From: Amoebophrya sp. A120
Taxonomy: Eukaryota > Protista > Dinoflagellata
Assembly: GCA_905178155.1 (NCBI GenBank)
Contig: CAJINV010000004.1
Coordinates: 7,756,771-7,820,770, forward strand
Direction: 5' to 3'
Length of the DNA: 64,000 nucleotides
Made by a program: the position numbers and the translations under genes. Shown here in pieces: positions 12,382 to 24,700 of the stretch. The notes beneath the pieces were generated by a model. It saw only the letters and a program-made list of their open reading frames with translations. It was not told where the DNA came from and did not search any database. Position 1 is the first letter of the stretch, and each line of letters opens with the position of its first letter.

Positions 12382-13908
12382 CTGGCGGCAGGAGGAGTTT
12401 GTCGGCAGGGAATTTTGGGTGACGGCCCGGAACCTCCGGCCACTCACGGACACGGAGGCGTTCCGGTTGTATGGGTATGTGTAGTAGTTGTAAAAGAGAA
12501 ACAGTGTCGTGTGTAGTAAAAGAGAAGGTCCGCAACGACTTGCTTTTATTTCTAGCGAGGACGAGGACCATTGTCTTCATCGCATGAATTAGGCTTGTTT
12601 GAAGTGGTGCTAGTGTTAAACAAAGAAAAGTCGCAACAGCATGATGTTTTTCAAAAAAGTAAGCATGATACAAAGCATTGACCAAATGTATTTGTCGAAA
12701 AATAGTAGAGGGAATAAGTACCTAGAAGAAGTGAAGACGTCTGCCAACCAGTTCTTCTGTGTTGATGAGTCGCATTTCTGACAGGACAGCGTTGTGCCAA
12801 GGAGCACAACCATGTTTCTACTACTAGATTGATTTGCCACAATGAAAGGAAAAAGAACCAAACAAAAGCGTGGTTTGAATGTGCACCGATTTTTTTTCGG
12901 GCTGTCAAGATTTTTCGTTTCGCGTTTTCAAACCAGTCAACTAGGGTGCTGCGTAGCATTCGCAAAGAGCCGCGTCCTACAGTAGGTTCATGATGCCATA
13001 TTATCGTCATAACTCCGGAATAAACTCGTAGACTTTTCTAGAAATCGAGTAGTTGATGTTAGAATTATGGAAGCATTCCTCAGTTCTAGCATCGACCGAT
13101 AGTGGTACTACCAGGAAATAGACTGTTTTTCCGAATGGCTATGGTTACATTGATTCATCCTGCTCGGGACGTCGAGATATTGCTGTGCTATGCTGTTGCA
13201 TCTTGGTTTGAATTTGAGGCAGATGGAAATTTATTTCCGAGAAATTATTCAGCAATAATTTGAATTTCAGTACTCCGATTGTTTGTGTTCCACCTGTGTT
13301 CTTCTTATACCCCGTTCTGAGACGGCGCCTGACCGACGGCTCACAGCGCAAAACCGAAACAAGAGCTTGTCGAGGACCGAAGATCTTCTGTCGGGTTTCT
13401 CCGTCCTCGTTGTAGTCGTGTGTAAAAGCTCAAGTGCACTGTCAACATGATCAAATGCTATATGAATGACTTGCGTAAAATATCGATATTGTTTCAATGA
13501 GATCTAGTCACGCACGGCAAAGCCACAGGATCATCAGGACGCGCGATCATCAAGACGCGCGTCATCAACGTCTCCTGTACGTGTAGGTTTTCCTCCGCAG
13601 GGCTCATCTCGCATAAGGAAAATTTCGGGTCACTCAGCGCAGTTTGATTTTTATTTCGGCGAAGCGTTCGTTTTTCTCTCCGTTATTCTCGAGCGGGCGT
13701 TTGTTTTTGACATTGAATTGCCTGGATTGCTACCTCGACCGCAGTGCGCAGATTTGTAGAATAGTCTTGGAGAAGTAAATTGTACTAGTAGAAGCCTTCT
13801 GCGCCGAGTTTTAGTGCCATGCCAGTACAATTTATCGGTTGATGACGGATGTGTTTTACTTGAGTAAGTAACTACAGAGCACATACTCGTTATCCTGTTC
13901 CATCGACA

Positions 13909-14578
13909 ATGAAGTTGCTCATCGGGTACAACGCCGATGGTTCGGAGTTGGCGGCAAAACTCGCGAAGCTCTCCCTCCCAGACGGCGTTGTCGTGATAAG
14001 CCCGGACGGCGGTAGTACCGCTAGTACTAGTGCTCCTGCGCCAACCACTCACGAAGCCTTTATAGCTGCTTTGGAAGTCGCTGCGGGTGGTGCGGAGAAG
14101 CTTGCCAGCCCCGGGCAAGCAGAGGCGTTAGGCGTCTTCGTCTGTCAAACCGGCCTGGAATCCTCCTGCGGATTGAATCAGAAGGTAGTGTAGTTGCAAT
14201 AAGAATTTCTTGTTCTACTTTCACAGTACTTTACGCATTTTTGTTGCAGTGTGAGTTTTTTTTGCAGGCACACAGGGTATAGCATCAGAAATGGTTCTTC
14301 TGTTTGCATGAAAAGCGTTCAGCAGGAGCATGTACCTTGATTAATGTTTAGCGACTTTGACTTTAAAGGGGCACAAGCAAATCCGTGCTGCAGTGTGCCA
14401 CGACGATTACACTGCGAAATTTTGCCGCCTGCACAACGGCGCCAACGTGCTCTGCTTGGGCCAAGCCACGCTGGGCGACGAGGTGGCGAAAGAGATGGTT
14501 TTGCGCTTTCTCTCCACCGCATTCGAAGGGGGCCGGCACCAAGGCAGGGTGGAAAAAATTCATGCGTCCTCACTGTAG
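13909..14578 (+). CDS. rpiB: Ribose-5-phosphate isomerase B (RpiB/LacAB family) protein, 2 exons
   Basis: Exon 1 ends GVFVCQTGLESSCGLNQK; GT-AG intron about 14185-14368; exon 2 IRAAVCHDDYTAKFCRLHNGANVLCLG...FEGGRHQGRVEKI matches the RpiB C-terminal signatures. Confidence 0.85.
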
Positions 14579-15799
14579 TGTGCAACAGCATGAGCGTCCA
14601 CCGAAGATCTTGGTGGAGCGAATAGAACGACAGACCGCGCAGGAGTCTGTGGAAGCAGGGCGCTGTCAAGGGGTTTGCACACGTAGTTAAGCATGGTACT
14701 AGTATCATTGAACTCCACTCGCAGGATGCCACTGCGCAGCCGAAATTGTGAACGACGACCTGCTCTGAAAGCGCTGAGTTTGCCAGGCGACAAGGTCTGC
14801 TTTGGCAGTAGATGACTGATCAAGTAAAGAAGCTGCTGCCCGAAGAGGCGTTTGGATTGGCTGGATTTTCATTTTTGTTCAAAAGAATTAACGGCGGAAT
14901 GACTGCGTCGAATGAATACATTCGTGTCTGCTCTTGCATCGTGTAGTTCTTCCGTTTCTGCGGTCCTCGTTCTGGTCTCACGGTGAGAATTTTCTGTAAG
15001 TTACGGGACGACCCCAGTTCGATATCCCTCTGATCCCCTTGAAGATGAACGATCGAGGTCTCATCACGATCGAGGTCTCATCGACCACGTTTTCAAGTTG
15101 CGTTCTGACCGCGCTTGATCCTGATCCGCAAATTTTGCGAGAGAGGTGGGGATCCGAGAAGGCAAAAAGTTTTTTCTTTATTTCAAGTACTTTACCATGG
15201 TGCGCGTGCGCGAATAATTTGAATTTTGCGAGGAGAGAACATTTTTGCTCCTACTTCTAACGGAGGCCATTTTGCGTTTACTTCCGATATTTCAGTACCA
15301 AAGATGAAGAATTTTTGTAGATCATCTGCATCCATGTTTTCGCCGAGGTGTACTTACAGAACCTGCTCACCCGTAGTTAAGTTCCGCATGATGCCCCACT
15401 CTCTTCTCCTGCTTACCTTTGTTGGAAAAGGGTATTCTTCTCTTTGTGGTCTGAGTGTTCTCGGGTAAATCTAAATCTGAATGTTGATACAATCAGGTAA
15501 GCCCCCTTCTATCGAATCTATACTACCAACCCTTATAAATTGAATATGACCTTCTACTTATCGACGTCCGACTGCCGCTCGAATCTGTCCAGACGGCGAA
15601 GCGCCGCAGGCGCGCTTTATGGTGCGGGGGAAGCAGAGAGGACCCGAAAGACCAGGGCAGGATCATGCTCCGAGGCGGTAGAAATAATATCATGCTAGCT
15701 GCCCGTTGTACTAGTTTTGCAGGAACACGACCTCCGCAGCGCTAATTCCGGAGCGGCAAATAAAACCACGCAAAACGGGATCAGAAGTCGGAGTAGATC

Positions 15800-18700
15800 A
15801 TGGATCTGCAGCAGCAGCAGATGTTTTTGTTGCAGCAGCAAATGCAGCTGCAACAGCAGCAGATGCAGCTGCAGGCTCAGGCACAGCAGCTCCGGGCGCA
15901 GCAGCAGCATAACGTGCAAGGCGGAAGTTTGGGAGCAGCTGCAGGTACAGGTGGACTACCATCTGGTACTGCTGCAAACACACCCTTATTCGGGTCGACG
16001 ATGGGCACTGCAACCACGATGAGCATGCAAGCGGCCGCCCAATTTCTGCCCTCCCCGTGGCAGCAGCAGCAGCAGCAGCAAATACACCAGGGAGTAGCTG
16101 CAGGTCCTGCGAAGGGTACTAGCACCAGCCAGCACACCAGTACGACTTATCGGCCGAGGACGGCGAAGAATAGTTTTGGCAAGCCCCACTACACGAACTC
16201 GCGCGGCCCGCGACCGGGCGGGAAGGCGATCCAGATGATGGTCGGTCGGCAGTTGCAGGTTCCGGACGAGGAGGCGGAGCGAAAAAGGTACGAACGCGAG
16301 TACTTGGAAAGCATCGGCGTGCTGCAACCCGGAGTGGATCCACAGCCAGACACTGGCTACAACACAGCTGCACAAGCTCTTGCAGAGGATAATATTAACC
16401 CCAACGACATCAGAATCGCGGGGGTGCGCCAGCCCTCGTCGTCGTCCTCCTACTATCCAGGAACCGCGGGTGGTGGTGCGCAGCAGCAGGGTACTAGTAG
16501 TACAACATTCAGTCGCGGTGGTGAGTTTAATACGACACCCGGCGGGTCGTCTGAGGCAGCGGTGGAAGCACCCCTCGGCCCGCTCCCCGGGCCGGAGCGC
16601 GAGGAGCTCCCGATCGACAAGTCGGCGGCGAAAATTGTGTCCCAGGTGCGGCGATTCAACACGGTCTGCGTGCAGGGCGAAACGGGCTGCGGCAAGAGCT
16701 CCCGTATTCCCCAATACGTCTACCACTTCTGCCGCACTCCCGCGCAGCAAAACAGCAACAAGAAAATCATCATCACGCAGCCGCGCCGGCTGGCTTGCAT
16801 CACGCTCGCGAAGCGGGTGGCAGAGGAAATGGGCGTGGGGACGATGATGTCGATCGGGGAGAGCGAGGAGGGCGGCAGTGGTCACAGAAGTTCAGCTTCT
16901 AGTACAGCTGGACACAGAAGCTGCAAACCCTCGTCGCCCCTTGTCGGCTACAAGATCAGCGGCGAGAGCAAGGTGGACGAAACGACAAAGCTTTTGTTTG
17001 TGACCACGGGGTACCTGCTGCAGTTGCTGGTGAATGACCCGCTGCAGATCCGCCGGTTTTCGCACGTGATCCTGGACGAAATTCACGAGCGGTCGGTGGA
17101 TTCCGACCTGCTCACCTTGGTGCTGAAGCTGCAGCGACAGTACAAGATGGCCGACTTCAAGCTCATCCTGATGTCTATGCATTGCAAAAGTATCGTACTT
17201 GTATAAATGCATTACAAATTTCCTCAGCATGAGAAATTTCTAATGCAGATTTGCCTTGGAAACAAGATTTGCAATGCAAGACTTGCATTTGTACGGTTTC
17301 GATACTTTTGCACAGGACAATGTCAGCCACGATGCAAGGGAACCTGTTCGCCAACTACTTCGACACCGGGGGCATATGACAGTGCACAACTCCCCCTCCC
17401 CCTCATTTGTCATGTAAAGCCCCAAATCCAAGTGCTTCCCGGTGGCACTGTTTGCATGACAGATTCCCGAAGCCCAAACAGTAAGTACTACAGTAGGCGC
17501 ATGAACTTGTCATGCACAGGCTCCAGGTGTGGCGGTGTTTGTGTTGCTGTTCATGCAATACAAATGAGGGGGAGGGGGAGTTGTGCACCCTCATAGGGCA
17601 GCGTCGGGGGCTTCGCGAACACGTTGCCGCCGCCGATCTTCTATCCTGTGCAAAAGTATCGTACTCGTATTGCAATCATGCATTACAAATCTTTCTTTAA
17701 ATGTGAATCCGCATTACAAATTTTATTTCTCATGCTAAGGAAATTTGTAATGCATTTATACGAGTACGATACTTTTGCAGTTGCAGTTCATATCTTCGTC
17801 GGCGCAAAGCGGTTTAATGTGGATATTCTGTACCTGGACGACTTGTTTCCGTTTTCCTCCCACCCGGCTATGAAGAACCAACAACACCAAAGCGGCGCCC
17901 GCCCTTGCGCGACGACTGGCGCGGATTTGTTGCGGGCGCAGACGGGAAGATGCTTGTCGGCCGGCAGCGTGGACCTTCTGCAGCAAACTCTGGAGCGGTA
18001 CCAGAAGCAGATCGACACCGCGATGCGGCGAGCGGGCAACAAGGTGCAAAATCAGACCTTCGTGGCGGACCAGCGCGAGACGGCCGCGGACGAGTTTCTG
18101 CGCATGGCCGACGGGGGGGCCGGGGGTAGTACCAGCAGCGCCACCAGCAGTGCGACACTGCCGCCGAAGATCCCGGAAAATTTCAATACCCTGGTGGCGG
18201 ACTTGATCCACTGTCTCGGCGTTGGTGGCGAGTCCATTTTGGTGTTTTTGCCGGGGATCGGGGAAATCACCGATTTGTACGAAGCGCTGCGGACGGAGTT
18301 CGAGGATCATGCGAATCAATACGGAAAGAAAAAAATGCTGCACTACGAGCTGTTCGCGCTGCACAGCACGATTCCGATTGAGGAGCAGCACGGCGCGCTG
18401 TCCAACCCGGAGCGGGACACCGTCCACATTTACCTCGCCAGCACCATATCCAGTGCAAAAGTATCGTACTCGTAGTAATTGCAATCATGCATTGCAAATT
18501 TTTTCCTTAATGTAAATCAGCATATACAAATTTTATTTCTCATGCTGAGGAAATTTGTAATGCATTTATACAAGTGCGATACTTTCTCAGTTCATACAGC
18601 ATCGCGGAGTCGTCGCTGACGCTGCCGAAGGTGCGCGTCGTGCTCGATTTCGGCCTGAAGCGGCAGCTGGGGTACGACAAGACGCGCGAGTCCGCCAGCC

Positions 18701-21700
18701 TGGTGACCAGCTGGATCTCGCACGCCTCGGCGTCGCAGCGGTCTGGCCGGTGCGGGCGGGTGTTCACGGGAATCGCGATCCGCCTGTATCCGCGCCGGCT
18801 GTATCATTTGTAAAAACGTCCCCACCCCAGAGCTGTCATGCAAATCTGCACGCTGAAAACATTTCTCATGCGGAGCCCCATGAGGGGCATTTGCTAGTCG
18901 TGTTTAGGAATTTGTCATGCTCCAACCAGCATGATATGGTAGATCTGTGATGCTGCTGCACTAAGTAGCTAAACAGGATTACACTACGAGGCCAAACTTG
19001 TCATGCATATACTCCCAAAACTTGGAGATTTGTGTTGCAAATTTACCAACTTGACTCTGGTATGGGGACGTTTTTCCACAGGATAGGTTCTACCAGCACA
19101 TCATGGCCCCGTTCGACCGGGCCGAGATCGAGAACGCACCGCTGGAGCGTATCTTGTGCAAAAGTATCGTATACTCGTACTAATTGCAAAGATGCATGAC
19201 AAATGTTATTCTTCTAAGGCAAAGAGCATTACAAATTCCACTTTCCTTCTTGCCAAAATTTGTGATGCAATTTATACTAGTACGATGCTTTTGCAATGCA
19301 TAGAGCGCCTGTACCTCCAGGTGAAGCAGCTGAGCACGAAGATCCGCGAGCGCATGCCGCGGATCGGCTCGCTGCCGCCGCGGAACCTGCTGAAAATGAC
19401 CGTGCAGCCGCCGGGCACGGACCGCCTGGAGACCGCCGTGGCGAAGTTGGCGGACGTGGGGGCCCTCATATGGATTGCAAATATGTCTGGGTCTGGGAGA
19501 TTACGAGATTTGTCATGCTGGTCTGGCATGACCAAAAAGTTTGTGATGCGTGTCCAAGAAGAGACCCTTTTGCCTGTCATGCAAAAACGCAGTTTGTCAT
19601 GCGAAAAACGCAGCACAAAGAAGCGCAGAGATTTCTCATGCTTGGCTGTGCATTACAGAGCATCCACTATTCCCGACGCAGCATTACAAGTTTCCAGACC
19701 CAGACATATTTGCATTTGATACCTCACCGGGACGAGCGATTTCGCGGACATCACGCTGCTGGGCCAGCTGGCCATCCAGCTCCCGCTGGACCTGCGCCAG
19801 GTGCGGCTCATCTTCTTCGGGGCCTGCTTTGGGTGCGTCGCGGACTGCGTCGTGATGGCCTGCGCGCTATGGATTGCAAAAGTGTCTGGGTCTGGAAACT
19901 TGTGATGCTAAAATGTGGATGATGGAACCAGTTTCGAATGCAACACAGCATGACAACTTTTGAGAACGCTTTCTCATAGGGAATCCGCATCAGAAACTGC
20001 GTTTCTGCGTGTGCAAAAGAGGCTGTGACTTTTGTTGGCTATGCAATACAGATGTCCTAGGTATGGAGAGCTAGCATTACAAGTTGCAGCCTTCCAGACC
20101 CAGACACTTTTGCAGTTGATACGCGCTGGCGGCCAACGACCCGTTTACGCTGCCCTCGCAGTTCGTCCTGCGCGACCCGCACACCTTTTACCAGGCGCTC
20201 AGCCGCAGCTACGAGTGCCGAAAAAAGTTCGACAAAGACCAGCAGTCGGAGCCGTTGATGCTGCGGAACCTGTTCGTCGCCTGGCTCAAGGGGTTGCGCA
20301 ATCCCGGCGGCGGAGAAGAAGAGGGGGTGGGCGGGGACGAAAGTAACCACTTCTACAACAACACAACGGCAGGAGTTCCGGAGCACCAAAGACCTCCTGA
20401 GACGGCGCTGCAAACGACCACGAAGCCCCGCAAGACGGGGAGGACCCGCGGACCACCAAACATGAAGAATTCCGCCGCGCAGCGCTACGCGTTCATCCGG
20501 CACTCCGCGGTGTTTGCGCGGACCAACGCAATCGTGCCGAAGCGGTTGACCCTGTTGGCGATTCAGGTGATCGATGTGGCGGAGCGAGTGTTGCACTTCG
20601 TCGACGCAGGCCCCATGCTGCAACTGCAGCGGCTGCTCTTCCGTCTCGGCTGCCCGGCCTACGCGAGGTCTTCAGCGAGTCCTGTTGGTGGAGATGAGCC
20701 ACGTCTTCATCATCCCGGCAGTGGTGGTGGTGTTCCGGTCCCCGCCGGGGGAACAAGGTCTTCTTCTACTTTGTTCAATGAGGAGATCATCGCGGGGAAG
20801 AGCGGCGTGGAGGACATATTCGTGCGGGACATGTTCATTCTGCGCGCCGCCATTGTGGCCAGCTGCTCGCCGCAAATCTGTCACGGCAAGTTGAAGCTGG
20901 ACAACATCCACATGCAGGCCATGCTTGGCCTGAAGGACCTCCCGAACCCCTTTCGCGTCTGCTGCATGCTGCCCGATTTGAGTTGGGGCGTGAAGAGCCA
21001 GGCGTCGCTGTTGCAGCGGTCTCTCGCGAAGGCCTTCAACAACGAGTGCCGTCAGATTGCCGTGTTTGAGGAAACCAACGACGGGCTCGCGGTGTTCCAC
21101 AGCAAGGGTGCGAAGGCTGGCGCTGTTGGGGCGGAAAACGATGAAAAGCACCAAACGACGGGACGAAAAACCAGCGAAGTTGCTGTTCAAGATTCGGACG
21201 ACAGCAGCGGCGACGAGGACGTGTTGCTCGAGCAGCAGAAGCAGGACGACCAGATTTTGAGTGTCCTAGAGGAGGAGCTGCAGGAGTCCGCGGCAGAGTC
21301 CGAGCACGACGATCGCGTGCGGCAGCGGGAGGAAAGCGACAGCGACGGGGATGGGGTACAAGTGGGGAGAAGAAAAGCTTATGGTGACGAGCAAAACCAC
21401 GAAAAGGACAAAAGTAAAAGTAGTAGAAGCCTGGAGAAGAAGAAACGCCGGGAAAGGAAAGTACAGCACGAAGTTGTAGATCTTGTTCCCACAAAAACCA
21501 CGACTAAGCGCGGCCGTGGACGAAATGAGATAAGCGACAGCAGAAGTCCACCTGCAGCCAGGAGTAAAAAACGTCGACGCAGTCGGAGCAGTCGGAGCCG
21601 CGGCCAGAGCAGGCACAGTCGGGGGAGAGGTGATGGCCTGCGCGGTGATGAGAATGCGGCAGGAGAGAAGCGACAAAAGCGAGATCCTCGTCACAGGCAA

Positions 21701-24700
21701 CCTGAGCTGCAACCGGAAGTCGTGGTAGCAGAAGCTACACTTCTTGAGGACCACGCCACGTCGGAAGTATTACTTACCAGGGAGAAGGAGAAGAAACGAA
21801 GAAAAAGCAACTTCACAACATTCTCTGTACAAGAAAGACCTGTACCACATCAACAAGAAGGTTTTGGATCTGAAGTTCTTGTTTCGCAGGAACCACCAGC
21901 AAAGACACGGGCGACGAAAGCAGTAGTACCGGACACGCAGCAGCGCCCCGACGGCCGCCTCACAGGCGAGGACAAGGATACTCGAGGCAGTGGTCCGGAA
22001 GAAGAAGGACAAGCTGCTTGTTCCCCACGACCTGCCACGGGGCCAGCACGTGTTCCGGAAAAATCTTCACAACATGATGCGCAAGAACCAGTTGTTGCAG
22101 CTTCCACGACCGCCGTTGCTGCCAGTCTAGAAGATGCCTTCGCTTCGTTTCTGGAAGATGTCGAGGAGGTGAAAAACGTAGGTGAAACTGATCCAAAAGA
22201 CGAGGGCCCAACAAGAAACCCCCCGGCCGCCTCCATGGACGCGGCGTTCGCAGATTTCCTGTCCGACCTGGTCGATGAGCCAGCGGGAGGTGGTACCACT
22301 GAAGATCCGGCGTCAAAAACATTACCCTTTGCCTCATCCGGAAGTGGTGCCGCTGTCGGCATAAACTGGGCGGCGTATTCCGCCGCGCACGGCGGTAGTG
22401 AGAAAAACGACCAGGAAGAGGACGAGTCGGGGGACGAAGGTCCTGTAACCGCGGGCGTAATCGAGCGGCCGCCCGAACTGGACGCGATGATCGAAAGAAT
22501 TAGGGAGGAAACCTGTATTTCTGGAGAAACTACGGAGGTTCTATCATCATCAAAACAGCGTGGTGTACGTGGGAAAGATGAAGCGGCTGACGACAGCGAA
22601 GGAGAAATACAGGATTTTCATCCGGACGAGGACAAACTCCGAGCAACCGGCGGCCTCAGCACTGCGCAGCGAGGTGCTCGTCTTCATGCGAATGATTCTT
22701 TCAAGGTGGAAGTGGCTCTTGAAAAAGTGGAAACACTGGAGGAGGAGGATCTCTCAAATGGCGAGCGAAATGATCATGACAGGCATAGTACACAACGACA
22801 AGGGCGTATTTCAAAAGGTGCTTCATCTGCACAACCCTCCTCATTCCCGCGCATGGAGCTCGTCTTCGCCGCGCCCCCGGACCCGCGACTGGAGCTGTTG
22901 CAGCAGCAGCGGGGGAAAAGCGAAAAAAATCCGCGCGTCACCATCGTGGACGACGAGGAGGTGGAACTGCTGGACCCTGTGACCGGCGCGACTGCGGGAG
23001 GGCTTTTTGGGACGGGTTATAGTGGGCAAAACGACCCTCTAGAGGACAACACACAGGAGGAGGTTATCATCAACTCAGACCCGATTTTCAACCTGTGCGC
23101 ACAGAGCACTTCCTCAAAGCTCAAGAAGTTCACTGCGCAGCAGCGCTGGGAGTTGCGCATTCACCCGGCTGGGGAAAGTGTGATGACAAACTACAGCGAC
23201 CGGCGGAAGAAAATGAAAAACCCCATCCTCAAACGTGATGTTGGTGGTGGTGAAAGTGCGACAAGTGCGGCGAAAAATAAAACCGCAGAAGAAGAACTCT
23301 CGTCAATTGAAGGTCCGATCGTGAAGCATTTCAACATCGCCCGGATCGGCAGTGTCGAGGCCCGGCGGCGCGCTTTGCTGGAGCTGCGGTACTGGCGGTC
23401 AAAGCTGTACCAGATGCATATGGGGGTGTCAGAATCGAAATTGACAAAGTTGAAAAATTTGTGATGTATAAAATCGATACCACTTGGAACCCAAATTTTC
23501 AAGCGGCGCATGACAAATTTTGGCGCCATCGAAATCTAGGTTGTCATGCTGTTTAGCGAAAGAAGGCGCCATCCTTTGTCATGCTACTTTAGCAGCTCCA
23601 TCCCAAATCCCAAACGGGCTTCCAATCGGCCTCACGTGCAATCCCTGCAAGACAGTCGCTTCGTGCCTTGCATTTTACGCATGACAGATTGCTTCAGCTC
23701 TGTCGGTTTCGATCCTGACACTCCCATAATGCACGCGGTCGGCATTCCGCTGACGAAGAACAACATCGCCCAGATTCTGGCCTCCCAAAGCGACCAGATT
23801 TCCTACCAGCGGGAGAAGCTGAAACTCTGCCGCCCGCTGAAGTTCCAGACCCTGCACCTACTCTACCAGACGGGGAACGGCCGTCAGGTCATTCCCTGGA
23901 GCCTGGCCGGCGGCACGCGGTTCGACCGGGCGGGGGACGGTGGCAAGGGCGGTTTCAGTGACTTTTTCGGGAGAGGAACTGCGGGAAACAAGAAGGGAAC
24001 AACTCCAAGTGTCAACAAAAAGGGAACCAATAAGGCCGCCGCCGCTGCGGCGCAACAGGGTGGGAAGCATCAGCCAGGGAGAAAAACGTTTCAGCAGGCG
24101 ATGCAGTATGAACTGCAAAAGTATCGTACTCGTATAAATGCATTACAAATTTTCTCAGCATGAGAAAGAAAATTTGTAATGCGGATTTATAATGCATGAT
24201 TGGAATACGAGTACGATACTTTTGCACAGGATATGCAGGCCGTAAACACGATGATGCAGGACGCCAACCGCACAGACCTCCGCGTCCCGCAGCACCCCTT
24301 TCAACTGCACTGGGCGGTCAAGAGCGGACACGAGGCGGTGGGGAGTTGGCGCAACCCAATCGGGTTCGTCGTGAACGCACCGGGCGCGAAGATGGTTGCG
24401 CGCTTGCGGGAGCGGCTGTTGTTGACGCAACACCACCAGGACAATCTGAACCAAAAACCCAATAGAATAACTGGTGCCGCACCGTCCGCGGCAACCTCCC
24501 TGCAGGTGACGAAGGAAAAGCTGCTCGCGAAGTACGAGCGCGTGGGCGTGTACTCTATCAAGTGCAAATATGTCTGGGTCTGGAAGGTTGGAGCTTGTGA
24601 TGCTAACTTTGGACTGAAAAAATATCTGCATTGCATGATCAGCAAGAGCAGGAGTCTAGTTTGTGCTAGCGGGAAGGGCATTTGTCATGCGGAATAGGCA

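Larger units (their letters stand above)
10682..12484 (+). pseudogene. Hypothetical protein gene, apparently disrupted
   Basis: Coding-like segments 10682-11230 and 11163-11502 are in different frames; GT-AG intron 11503-11663; in-frame TAG at 11699-11701; later exons join cleanly across two introners to ...EAFRLYGYV* at 12484. Confidence 0.45.
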
